A DNA stretch of 36,294 nucleotides from an uncultured Candidatus Bathyarchaeia archaeon (GTDB lineage: Archaea; Thermoproteota; Bathyarchaeia; TCS64): positions 1 to 36,294 of the forward strand of contig CAYFYM010000069.1 of the NCBI GenBank assembly GCA_964347405.1. The letters are read 5' to 3'. Position 1 is the stretch's first letter; each line of letters opens with the position of its first letter. The position numbers were made by a program, and so were the translations under genes. Shown piece by piece: positions 16,851-25,598 of the stretch. Under the pieces are notes generated by a model. That model worked only from the letters and a program-made list of their open reading frames with translations. It had not been told where the DNA came from and made no database searches.

Positions 16851-18104
16851 ATGAGGCGTAGCGTTTGGCTCGCTGTTTTAGCTATTGTTGTTCTCGTTGG
16901 GGTTTCCGGTGTATTGAGGCAGCCGGACGAGGTCGGTTCCCCGGGGGACAACGTGGAGACCTTGGAGCCCCCGGAGGAGCCAGAGGAGCCCACTGAGAAC
17001 CCGGAGCCCCCCGGGGAGGTTCCGGAGGGGATTCTGGTGAACGAGATTCCTGTTGGGGCTGATTTAATCTTCGTGTCAATGAGGTACGTGCTGGATGATC
17101 TTGCGTGTCTGGACGAGGAGTACAGGCTCAAGGCTGACTGGCTGGGGGACGCGGAGTGTATAAAGCTTATCTACAGCGAGGATTTCAGCATCACATCTTC
17201 TCCCCGGCAGCTGTACACGCTTGACATTGAGACAGGTGAGGTGGTCCAGTTGACAAACGTGGGTCACGATTTCTCAAGCTCAAAACCCATCGACATGACC
17301 CGAATCATGGCTATTGGCGCTGAGGAGGACACGGATGGTGACGGGATAGTGGGCACGGGTGACGAGGTAAACGTCTACGTTGTCGATCTTGCGTCCAAGG
17401 AAATTGAGTGTCTCACAGATGGGCTGGGCTTGAGGGAGTTCAATAACCCTGACTACTCGCAGGCAAACGGGTTGATAGTGTTCTCCGCCCAGAGACAAGA
17501 GTTGTTCCACAACTACCTGTTCACGTTGAGTCTTGACGGGGAGCTCACACAGGTAACCGACGACGATGAGTACTTCGATTTTGATTGCTCGTGGTCAGAG
17601 GACGGGTCCATGATAGTATTCAACAGGCTACCCTCCCCGGAGTCTTCATCGTTGCTTCCATCGAAGGTATGGCTTATGGATGCGGATGGCTCGAACATGG
17701 TCCAGATCAGCGAGGGTGGTTCTAACCCTGACGACGAGGAGCCACTCTGGGGCATGCATCCTATCGGGCTCGACGCTGACCCCGATTTGAGCCCGGATAA
17801 CAGTCAGGTCGTGTTTTCCCGGCTCAGGACAGGGCTTGTGAACGAGCCCTTTGGCATCTACGATCTAGTGGTCCACGATATTGAGTCGGGTGAGGAGACG
17901 GTTCTTGACTCCAGTTACGCTAACATGGTCCCAGAGTGGAAGGGTCAGGGCATAGTGTTCGTCAGGCAGAAAAAAATAGGAGATAGGGCTGTTGACCTTA
18001 AGCAAAGCATCCACGTATACGTTGACGGTGAGTTCAGGGACCTTGAGCCTTATCCTTTCAACGTGTTCCCCATCGGGTCGAATGGGGCTAGTTGGATAGA
18101 GTAG
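16851..18104 (+). CDS. PD40/TolB-like beta-propeller repeat protein (paralog of 13933-15198)
   Basis: 417-aa ORF, collinear and roughly two-thirds identical by eye to the 421-aa protein, with the same TM plus PE-rich linker architecture. Confidence 0.8.
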   Translation: MRRSVWLAVLAIVVLVGVSGVLRQPDEVGSPGDNVETLEPPEEPEEPTENPEPPGEVPEGILVNEIPVGADLIFVSMRYVLDDLACLDEEYRLKADWLGDAECIKLIYSEDFSITSSPRQLYTLDIETGEVVQLTNVGHDFSSSKPIDMTRIMAIGAEEDTDGDGIVGTGDEVNVYVVDLASKEIECLTDGLGLREFNNPDYSQANGLIVFSAQRQELFHNYLFTLSLDGELTQVTDDDEYFDFDCSWSEDGSMIVFNRLPSPESSSLLPSKVWLMDADGSNMVQISEGGSNPDDEEPLWGMHPIGLDADPDLSPDNSQVVFSRLRTGLVNEPFGIYDLVVHDIESGEETVLDSSYANMVPEWKGQGIVFVRQKKIGDRAVDLKQSIHVYVDGEFRDLEPYPFNVFPIGSNGASWIE

Positions 18105-18111
18105 TTTTTTT
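18105..18111 (+). terminator. oligo-T (T7) tract directly after the stop codon
   Basis: TAG followed by TTTTTTT. Confidence 0.4.
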
Positions 18112-18263
18112 GCAGCGGTTACCACGTATAACGCGAAAAAATTACTCGATTTACGGGTCTATAGTACGTATTTGTACATTATTTAATCAGGTAAACCTGT
18201 TTTGGGGATAATATCGAATCAATAGCGAAAAGAAGCCTAACTGCTTATTTAGAGAGTTTAAGA

Positions 18264-18340
18264 TGGTAGCTGGGGTAGATTTGAACTATCGACCTTGGGG
18301 TCATGCGCCCCACGCGTTAACCAAGCGTCTCCTACGCGGC
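18264..18340 (-). repeat. tRNA-like pseudogene fragment (D-arm-like through CCA)
   Basis: The reverse complement has ACGC-TTGGTTAAC-GCGT (D-arm-like), GGGG-CGCATGA-CCCC (CAT loop but G at position 33), a T-arm with a mismatch, and CCAGCTACCA. No matching 5' acceptor strand. Confidence 0.55.
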
Positions 18341-18516
18341 GGTACGTTGAGTTCACGAAATAAATTTGATAAACATCCTTCACGAACCCAGGTCCAGGGG
18401 AAGCTTTCCCTGATCTTCTCCTTAGATTCTAAAAGATCGGGAAAAGACTCATGGCCTCTCAGTGTCGTGTCCAATTTTTTATTAGATATGGGTCAGGTAC
18501 TCTTTTTGTGTGAGTT

Positions 18517-19176
18517 TTGTCCGACGAGGTCGAGGAGTATTGGAGGAGGCGGGACGCCGAGGGGTATGATTCCAGGACGGAAAAGTCGGGCAGGATGAAG
18601 GCGTATCGATGGATGGCCGCCCAAGCGAAACCCCGCCTCACCAAAAAGGGGGTCGTCTCGATGGATCTGGGGTGCGGCACGGGCGTCTTCGCCAAGGTCG
18701 TTGGAATCAAGAACATCATCGGGGTGGATGTGTCCCCACCCATGCTGGAAATCGCACGCACAAGAATGGAGAGGGTCCTCGAGGGAGACATATTCGACCT
18801 GCGACTGGAGCATGACTCGATCGATAACGTGATCACGCTGTTTGTGCTCGCCGATTATCCCTATGAGAAAAAGCTGGGCTTCCTCAAGCAAGTGTATTCC
18901 TGTCTCAGACAGGGCGGGCGTTTCTTCTTCTCGACGTACTCCCCCAATGACGGGTACATGGGGAAGAGCGCGCGTGAACGCGCATCCATGAGGAAGGGTG
19001 GAGGCAGCTTCGAGCTCTACCTCGAGGACGCATCGACCTATAAAGACATGCTGGAGAACATTGGGTTCAGGATCGATAAAATCGAGACGTTAGAGTCTAC
19101 AGGGACTTTGAAAAGGGGCTCTGAAACAATCTCGTTCGATAGAGAATTCATCGTACTTGTGGCGTCGAAAGAGTAA
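18517..19176 (+). CDS. class I SAM-dependent methyltransferase
   Basis: 219-aa ORF with a TTG start. Motif I is VVSMDLGCGTGVFAKVV, with a later LRQGGRFFFS motif. Confidence 0.8.
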   Translation: MSDEVEEYWRRRDAEGYDSRTEKSGRMKAYRWMAAQAKPRLTKKGVVSMDLGCGTGVFAKVVGIKNIIGVDVSPPMLEIARTRMERVLEGDIFDLRLEHDSIDNVITLFVLADYPYEKKLGFLKQVYSCLRQGGRFFFSTYSPNDGYMGKSARERASMRKGGGSFELYLEDASTYKDMLENIGFRIDKIETLESTGTLKRGSETISFDREFIVLVASKE

Positions 19177-19264
19177 CAACGATGATGAAAGGCACCCCTC
19201 CCCCTGAAACCTACATGAAAACACCAAGATGGGCGGCGGGCTGCAACGGAGGAAGATGAGGGTC

Positions 19265-19597
19265 CTACTCTAAGGGCTCCAACCTCTCTAACCTGAATAT
19301 CACGGGGCGCATGCCATCGGTGCAACACTTGATCATCTCGTTCTCCCTCAGCCAAGGATAGAACGTCCCGCCCAAGTGGAGGACCGATACGCACTCGCGT
19401 ATGTCGTGCCACGCGCCTGCGCAGAACCCCTCCGGCTTACCGTAGTTGTGGTAGACGTAGAACTCCTGCCCCTCCTCGTGGATCGGGCACCTCACGTGAG
19501 GCTCTCCGCTCTCCGTGTTCAGCGGAACACCGTCTCCGAACAGGGTCCCCGGTTCAACCACCTTCATCACAGAGATCTTGATCTTGTGACGCGTCAT
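19265..19597 (-). CDS. TIGR04076-family protein
   Basis: 110-aa ORF with the characteristic Cys/His pattern (RCPIHEEG...PEGFCAGAWHDI...IKCCTDGMRPVIFRLER). Confidence 0.7.
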   Translation of the reverse strand: MTRHKIKISVMKVVEPGTLFGDGVPLNTESGEPHVRCPIHEEGQEFYVYHNYGKPEGFCAGAWHDIRECVSVLHLGGTFYPWLRENEMIKCCTDGMRPVIFRLERLEPLE

Positions 19598-19749
19598 GGT
19601 ACAATGTCCCTGTACCGGCAGATAATAGCTTCCTGTTTCACACGGGAATTGAGACCCTCATGACTAGCCACTGACACGCGAAAACCGTTATTACTACAGT
19701 AATAGCCACCGTAGACCGCTATAGGCTACCACCTTTACAACGACAAATT

Positions 19750-19795
19750 GTAGCGGAGGTAGATTTGAACTACCGACATTGGGAGTATTAGCCCA
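19750..19795 (-). repeat. tRNA 3'-half-like fragment
   Basis: GTAGCGGAGGTAGATTTGAACTACCGACATTGGGAGTATTAGCCC has an intact T-arm (GGTAG-TTCAAAT-CTACC), a shortened acceptor and a decayed anticodon arm. Confidence 0.55.
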
Positions 19796-19806
19796 TACAC
19801 GACTGT

Positions 19807-20343
19807 CTAGAGGTTTCGTATGATCGTTGACTTCTCCTTATCGATGCGGACGAGGTTGGTCTCGTCGTCGAGCGAGAAACTCAGAAGCGAGATGCCCTCG
19901 GTCCTCATGCCGGGTATGACCTTGACGCCTTCCCCGAAACGCTTCTTCAAACCGACCACGCCGCCTACACAGCATAATGCGATTATCGCTTCTGCCCCTG
20001 AGCAGCGGTTAACCAGCTCCGGGTCCGTCCATTGGGGTCCCCCCATCTGCACCTCGCTGTCACGGGTCATGGTGCATAGCGGGGGCCATATCTCGACACC
20101 GACGCTCACCCCCCTGCCCTCGAGGATCCCCTTGAGCCTGTTGGCCTCGTTTATCATGGCCAGGGGTGGCTTCGATGTGCTTCCGGTCTCCTCGTCAACT
20201 ATTATCTTCTGGACGGGCTCGTCTTTCTCGTACGCTATGCTGTAGTTGGCGCAGTATGTACAACCCACAATTGCGACGGACTCGAAACCTTCTGTTTCTC
20301 CGAGGATGCTTGAGTCGGGGCGCATCACGGTGTGTGTAGGCAA
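19807..20343 (-). CDS. conserved Cys-rich protein of unknown function (paralog of 10519-11055)
   Basis: 178-aa ORF of the same length and motifs as the first copy (IVGCTYCANYSIAYEKDEPVQ, ALCCVGGVVGLKK). Nucleotide similarity extends through the stop codon (TGTCTAGAGG). Confidence 0.7.
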   Translation of the reverse strand: MPTHTVMRPDSSILGETEGFESVAIVGCTYCANYSIAYEKDEPVQKIIVDEETGSTSKPPLAMINEANRLKGILEGRGVSVGVEIWPPLCTMTRDSEVQMGGPQWTDPELVNRCSGAEAIIALCCVGGVVGLKKRFGEGVKVIPGMRTEGISLLSFSLDDETNLVRIDKEKSTIIRNL

Positions 20344-20495
20344 TCTGTCCTCAACCCGGCGAACTGGTGTTCATCGTCCATTTTATGTTATAACCCTTTC
20401 CTCTGTGGCTCGTGTGAAAAACGGTAGATAGATGATAGGGAGGTTTGAACTGCTGGCGTGTAAACGGAAGCAATTCTATATATTAAAACAGGGGT

Positions 20496-21194
20496 ATGAC
20501 GATAAAGGCTTCCAGAGGCGCACTGATGAACATAGTCGATGACATCCCCGTCAGACTCAAGGCAGACCAAGTCAGGGGCAGTCTAAAAATCGGCAGAGGC
20601 ACGCCGTACGCCGAGAGAAAGATAGGGGAGCTCATAGACTGTATAGAGCCTGTGATGAGGCCCAAGGCTGTCTACACGGAGAGTATTGTTGTACAAACGG
20701 GCCTCGACACCGTGGCCGTCGACGGGCACGTTTTCACCAGCAGGGTGCTGGCGAAGAACCTCGCAGACCAGGAACGCTGCTATCCCTATGTTGTGACGGC
20801 GGGCAGAGAGCTTGACGGCGTGGAGCTGCCAGAGGGCCACAGCCCCATGCTTCTGAATCTCATAAAGAACGTCGTCGTGGAGAAGGCCTACCGGTACACG
20901 AGGGCGTTGATCGCCGAGAGGCACGGCGTGGAGCGTGTCTCGGGGATGAGCCCAGGCCACCTCGACTGGCCGCTGGAGCAGCAGAGGGTCCTCTTCGACC
21001 TGCTGGGCCGCGGCGTCGAAGGGATCGGCGTCAGTCTTACAGACGCGTATCTTATGGTGCCGGTGAAATCCGTTTCTGGCATCCTGTTCATGTCGGAGAC
21101 GGGGTTCGTTAGCTGCCGAGTATGCTCTCAGCCAAGGTGCATGGGCAGGAGGACGGGGTACGACCCCGTAGCGGCTAAGGCTTATGGGCTGTAG
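20496..21194 (+). CDS. MetH (B12-dependent methionine synthase) activation-domain-like protein
   Basis: 232-aa ORF. The motif GMSPGHLDWPLEQQRVLFDLLG...IGVSLTDAYLMVPVKSVSGILF resembles stand-alone Met_synt_B12 (PF02965-like) proteins found beside corrinoid methyltransferase systems. Confidence 0.65.
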   Translation: MTIKASRGALMNIVDDIPVRLKADQVRGSLKIGRGTPYAERKIGELIDCIEPVMRPKAVYTESIVVQTGLDTVAVDGHVFTSRVLAKNLADQERCYPYVVTAGRELDGVELPEGHSPMLLNLIKNVVVEKAYRYTRALIAERHGVERVSGMSPGHLDWPLEQQRVLFDLLGRGVEGIGVSLTDAYLMVPVKSVSGILFMSETGFVSCRVCSQPRCMGRRTGYDPVAAKAYGL

Positions 21195-21228
21195 CGCCGA
21201 GTCAGTGTTCTCAACCTAATACTTCAAA

Positions 21229-21247
21229 TATCCCCATGGGGGGGATA
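21229..21247. promoter_or_regulatory. candidate CsoR/RcnR-type operator (AT-flanked C/G-tract inverted repeat)
   Basis: TATCCCC-AT-GGGGGGGATA ends 6 nt before the regulator ATG. The known CsoR/RcnR family recognises G/C tracts flanked by AT-rich inverted repeats. Confidence 0.45.
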
Positions 21248-21252
21248 GGGAT

Positions 21253-21522
21253 ATGGGTTCAACGCATAAACACAGAAAAAAGGTAATCGACAGACTAAGC
21301 AGAATCGAAGGTCACATCAGAGGAATAAAAAAGATGGTTGAAGAAGATAGGGGCTGCCCTGATCTTCTCCATCAGCTAGCAGCAGTAAAAGCAGCGATAA
21401 ACAAGACAAGCGAGTTAATCCTCGAAGACCATATTCAGTCATGCCTTCTTGATGCAGTCAATGAAGGTTCAACAGATGAATATATCAAGAATCTCATGGA
21501 AGCCATATCAAAACTAGTATAG
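21253..21522 (+). CDS. CsoR/RcnR/FrmR-family metal-sensing transcriptional repressor
   Basis: 89-aa ORF. RLSRIEGHIRGIKKMVEEDRGCPDLLHQLAAVKAAI is the DUF156 signature, including the sensing Cys/His positions. Confidence 0.9.
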   Translation: MGSTHKHRKKVIDRLSRIEGHIRGIKKMVEEDRGCPDLLHQLAAVKAAINKTSELILEDHIQSCLLDAVNEGSTDEYIKNLMEAISKLV

Positions 21523-21531
21523 GTAATTTAA

Positions 21532-23427
21532 TTGTCAAACGTAGAGTGTGAATCATGCAGAACAAACCCACCGGGATTCTTCCACAAATACAAGGAATTC
21601 CTAACCAGCCCAGGGATAATCACCGCAGCGATAAACACAGTATTCCTAATCATAGGATTCGCGCTGGAATTCGGTGGAAACCATCAGTACGCAGACTACA
21701 GCTTCCTCATATCGGCTGTAGTCGGTGGGTACCCTGTCGTTAAGTTAGCAGTAACCAACATACTACGAGACTTCGACCTCACCGCGGGGGTAATGGCTAG
21801 CGTAGCCATAATAGCTGCGTTAATTGTCGGAGAGTATGCAGCCATGGCTCTAGTAGCCTTCATGTTCGTGATAGGAGAGGCACTAGAAGACTTTACACGA
21901 GAAAGAGCCGACCACGCGTTAAGGGAACTTAACGCACTAGTCCCTAACACTGTAACCATCAGAATGGACGGCGAAGACCGTAATGTACCACTTGGTCAGG
22001 TTAGGAAAGGAGATATAGCGCTCATCCGAGCTGGAGGAAGAATTCCCGTAGATGGCACCGTCCTTGAGGGAAATGCATCGGTCGATCAATCCTCCATCAC
22101 AGGAGAGTCAATGCCCATCGACAAAACAATAGGAGAAAAAGTCTACGCAGGAACCCTCGTGTCCAGCGGCGCGTTATCAATCAAGGTCGAAAACGTAGGC
22201 GAGACAACAACACTCGGGAAGATGATTCATCTCGTTGAGGAGGCACAGAGTTCACAGGCCCCTGTTCAACGGGTAGCGAACAGATACGCTAACTTCTTTG
22301 CACCCATAGCGATTGTCATCGCAGGCGTTACTTGGATGATCACAGGAGAAATCCTGCGAGGTGTAACCATGCTTGTAGCGATCTGCCCCTGTTCACTGGT
22401 GTTAGCTACCCCAACAGCAATTGTCGCAGCCATCGGCAACACTGCCCGAAACGGTGTCCTGGTCAAGAACGGCATAGCCATGGAACAGGTAGGCAAGGTC
22501 GATGTCGTGGCTTTCGATAAGACAGGTACAGTCACCTTCGGCGAACCAGAGGTAACAAACATCAAACCAGTAAATCAATACTCCGAGGATGAGCTATTAG
22601 TCTTGGCTGCCTCGGCCGAGAGAAGCAGTGAACACCCTCTCGCAAGAGCAATAGTAAGAGAAGCATCCAACAGAAAACTCACATTACACGTACCTGATGA
22701 CTTCGAGTCCGTGGTGGGACACGGTATCAACGCAGTGATAAACGGCAAGAAGGTGGCTGTAGGCGAGAAGATGCTTGAACTGGAAAATATCAACACTGAA
22801 AACACAGACCCAAACAATGAGGACACAATAATCCCGGTCGCAGTGGACGGCGAATACTCAGGATACATCTCAGTAGCGGACACAACAAGACCAGAATCCG
22901 CCCAAGCCATCGTGAACCTAAAAAAACTTGGAATAACCAAGACCCTCCTAATCACAGGGGACAGCAAATCAGTTGGAGAAAAAATAGGCAAAGAGCTTGG
23001 AGTCTCAGAAATACACTCGGAGGTACTACCTGAGAGAAAACTTGAGCTAATACGTGAGCTTCAATCCCAGGGACACCTTGTTGCCTTCATCGGCGATGGA
23101 GTAAACGATGCACCAGCATTAGCTGCAGCTGATGTCGGCATCGCCATGGGCAGCATCGGCACCGCCGTCGCGATGGAAACAGCAGACATTGTACTACTAT
23201 CCGATGAGATCGAGCAAGTCCCATACTTGATAGAGTTATCTCGAGCAACGATGGCCAATATTCGCACAAACATCATCGTATCGATGACCATCGTGTTAGC
23301 TAGTGTCGGAGCCAGTGCTTTAGGATTATTCGGGCCAGTCATTGGCGCAATAATGCATGAGGTAGCTGCTGTCCCAGTAATAGCCAACGCAGCAACTTTA
23401 ATCGGATGGAAATCAAAAAGGCTCTGA
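21532..23427 (+). CDS. heavy-metal translocating P1B-type ATPase (no N-terminal HMA domain)
   Basis: 631-aa ORF with a TTG start. It has a CPC transmembrane motif (VAICPCSLVLATP), DKTGT and GDGVNDAP. The last TM carries an HE motif (IMHEVAAVPVIANA) reminiscent of P1B-4-type pumps. Metal specificity is not assignable from sequence by eye. Confidence 0.9.
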   Translation: MSNVECESCRTNPPGFFHKYKEFLTSPGIITAAINTVFLIIGFALEFGGNHQYADYSFLISAVVGGYPVVKLAVTNILRDFDLTAGVMASVAIIAALIVGEYAAMALVAFMFVIGEALEDFTRERADHALRELNALVPNTVTIRMDGEDRNVPLGQVRKGDIALIRAGGRIPVDGTVLEGNASVDQSSITGESMPIDKTIGEKVYAGTLVSSGALSIKVENVGETTTLGKMIHLVEEAQSSQAPVQRVANRYANFFAPIAIVIAGVTWMITGEILRGVTMLVAICPCSLVLATPTAIVAAIGNTARNGVLVKNGIAMEQVGKVDVVAFDKTGTVTFGEPEVTNIKPVNQYSEDELLVLAASAERSSEHPLARAIVREASNRKLTLHVPDDFESVVGHGINAVINGKKVAVGEKMLELENINTENTDPNNEDTIIPVAVDGEYSGYISVADTTRPESAQAIVNLKKLGITKTLLITGDSKSVGEKIGKELGVSEIHSEVLPERKLELIRELQSQGHLVAFIGDGVNDAPALAAADVGIAMGSIGTAVAMETADIVLLSDEIEQVPYLIELSRATMANIRTNIIVSMTIVLASVGASALGLFGPVIGAIMHEVAAVPVIANAATLIGWKSKRL

Positions 23428-23483
23428 CACTTCCCATTTTATTTTAATTATATTCAATCTCTCATGTGGCAAAGACTTCGAAT

Positions 23484-24872
23484 TCAGTTATCCCATGTGA
23501 GCCCGCAGTCGCTGAACTTCTTCTTTACCTCCTCGATGAGGGCCCCGTACTCGGCGCTGGGCCTGTGGCGCTGCAGGTCGTAGCACTCCGTGATGAGCTT
23601 CCCGGGCTCAGGCGTTGGGTTCTCCATGAGCCTCGTGATGATGGGCTTGAACATCTCGTAGACCTCGCCCCTCTTCAGGCCCGATGCGATGGCGGCGTCC
23701 GACGCCTCTATCATCAGCTCCGCGTCAGCGGGGGTCTGGCCACCGTTCATCCGGCTCCTGCTCACCCTGGGCACGTACAGGTTGGCGCCGTTCACCGTGG
23801 CCTCTATGCTTCTGAGCACCAGCTCCTCCAGGTGGCTCGCCGTGCATAGCTCCGAGACGGGTATGGGCCAGTGCATGGGTATGCCGTCGCTGTTCCTGAT
23901 GGTGGCCTGGTAGACCACGGAGCGGGCGTAGCTGATGGGGAACATGGCTCTCCTGCCGCCGCTTATGTGGGTGAAGTGCTCGACGCCGTTGTAGTAGAGG
24001 TTGTCCCTGTAGACGATCCAAGCGACTATGGTCTTCACGAGGCTCTCGATGATGGCGCCCTCGGGGCCCCCTGCGAAGCCCCCCGCTATGCCGAAGCTGC
24101 CGCTTATGCCGAAGTAGCCGCGGCTTTGAAGCACCAGCGCCGCCGTTATGAGGTCGTACTGCACCTTGACGTCGGGCAGCACCGACAGCAGCACCCCGTC
24201 CGTGGGCCTGAGCCCTGCCACGGGGTCTATGGTGGCTAGGAACGAGGACGCCGCCGTCGTGATGGGGTAGTAGACTATGGCGGCGCCTGGCCTCCCAGCC
24301 TTCCTGATGCCCTCCCTGAGCCAAGCCACCTGGCGCTGGGAGGCGTAGGCCTCGATGGGGTGGCCGTATATGTCGTAGCCTTCGATCTTGAGGAAGTTGA
24401 ATCCCTCCAGGAAGTCGAGCCTCGGTATGGCGGCGAAGTTCTGGACCACCAGATCCGCCAGGTCCTCGGTGAAGGGGGCGTGGTGGCCCGGGGAGACGTT
24501 CATGGGCTCCGTGCCCTCGATGCTGTGCTGCCTCCACGTCCTGGCGTCTTTCCCCTCCCCCATGGCCACCTCGCTCTGCATAGCGCCTATGGCCTCCTTT
24601 ACCTCCTCCTCGCTGAACCTGACGACGCGCTCCCTGTCCAGGCAGAGGCAGCCGTGGTTCACCACGAAGTCCACTGCGGCCTCCCACGCGGCGTCGGCGA
24701 GGCCGTCGTCCGTGTTGATCCACTCGGTGTGGTCGCTGGGGCACCTTATTTCATAGGTCTTGACCAGCTCGGAGATGTTTCTGAACAGAGCCATGTCCCA
24801 GTCCCTGGCGGCCATCTTGGGGCCGCCACGCATCCTGTCCGCGATCTCCAGTAGGCTGATCATGGGCCTCAC
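23484..24872 (-). CDS. MtmB (monomethylamine methyltransferase)-like protein, pyrrolysine-free, divergent paralog
   Basis: 462-aa uninterrupted ORF of the same length class as MtmB. It has AGRPG followed by AAIVYYP where Methanosarcina MtmB has ...GV-Pyl-GPE. It also has GGFAGGPEG and a C-terminal ECYDL...PSAEY...FSDCGL tail. Confidence 0.8.
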   Translation of the reverse strand: MRPMISLLEIADRMRGGPKMAARDWDMALFRNISELVKTYEIRCPSDHTEWINTDDGLADAAWEAAVDFVVNHGCLCLDRERVVRFSEEEVKEAIGAMQSEVAMGEGKDARTWRQHSIEGTEPMNVSPGHHAPFTEDLADLVVQNFAAIPRLDFLEGFNFLKIEGYDIYGHPIEAYASQRQVAWLREGIRKAGRPGAAIVYYPITTAASSFLATIDPVAGLRPTDGVLLSVLPDVKVQYDLITAALVLQSRGYFGISGSFGIAGGFAGGPEGAIIESLVKTIVAWIVYRDNLYYNGVEHFTHISGGRRAMFPISYARSVVYQATIRNSDGIPMHWPIPVSELCTASHLEELVLRSIEATVNGANLYVPRVSRSRMNGGQTPADAELMIEASDAAIASGLKRGEVYEMFKPIITRLMENPTPEPGKLITECYDLQRHRPSAEYGALIEEVKKKFSDCGLTWDN

Positions 24873-24939
24873 CCTTGCTGTGGGTTACGAGTAAGTTTAC
24901 ATATTCAGTTCAAACCTATTTTAAGTCTAGTGCATCGAA

Positions 24940-25593
24940 TTGAGTGAAGAAGGTATTCTGCAGGGGCTCTCCGAGGCCGTACTCAGCTTCGACGCCGACG
25001 CGACCGCCGAGGCGGCGAAGGCTGCGGTAGACGCCGGCGTGAACCCGGTGACCGCCATCGAGAAGGGCCTCGCGGTGGGTCTGCGGGAGATCGGGGACAA
25101 GTTTGAGGCCGGCGAGCTTTGGCTGCCCCACCTGGTGCTGGGGGCCGAGGCCATGGAGGCCGCCATCAAGGTGCTCGAGGCGCACATGCCTAGGTCCGAG
25201 CTTGAGAGCACCAGGGCGGGTACCGTGGTCATCGGCACCGTAGAAGGGGACATACACGATCTCGGGCTACGGATCGTGGCCTCCATGCTGAGGGCCAACG
25301 GGTTCACGGTCCACGACTTGGGATGCGACACCCCGAGCCTAAATTTCATCTCTAAGGCCAGGGAGGTGGACGCGGACATCATCGCCCTGTCCTCCCTCAT
25401 GACCACCACCATGCCCTTCATGAGGGACGTCATCGACGCCCTGAACTCGGCGGGCCTCAGGGAAAAGTACAAGGTCCTGGTGGGCGGTGGCCCAGTCACT
25501 AGAGAGTGGGCTCAGGCCATCGGGGCCGACGGCTACGGCAAGGACGCGGCCGAGGCCGTTAGGGTAGCCAAAGAGCTTCTGGCCGGGGGTTAA
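24940..25593 (+). CDS. B12-binding corrinoid protein (MtmC/MtbC/MttC-like)
   Basis: 217-aa ORF with a TTG start, an N-terminal helical cap domain and the DxHxxG motif (EGDIHDLGL), then SSLMTTT and GGG motifs of the cobalamin-binding Rossmann domain. Confidence 0.9.
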   Translation: MSEEGILQGLSEAVLSFDADATAEAAKAAVDAGVNPVTAIEKGLAVGLREIGDKFEAGELWLPHLVLGAEAMEAAIKVLEAHMPRSELESTRAGTVVIGTVEGDIHDLGLRIVASMLRANGFTVHDLGCDTPSLNFISKAREVDADIIALSSLMTTTMPFMRDVIDALNSAGLREKYKVLVGGGPVTREWAQAIGADGYGKDAAEAVRVAKELLAGG

Positions 25594-25598
25594 CCGGT

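Noticed and set aside
18264-18340. An intact tRNA gene on the minus strand. This is the most complete tRNA-like copy.
   Set aside because: The candidate 5' acceptor strand does not pair with the 3' strand (CCCAGCT). Position 33 of the anticodon loop is G. The T-stem has a mismatch and there is no room for position 26. I treat it as a pseudo-tRNA or scar, pending tRNAscan-SE.
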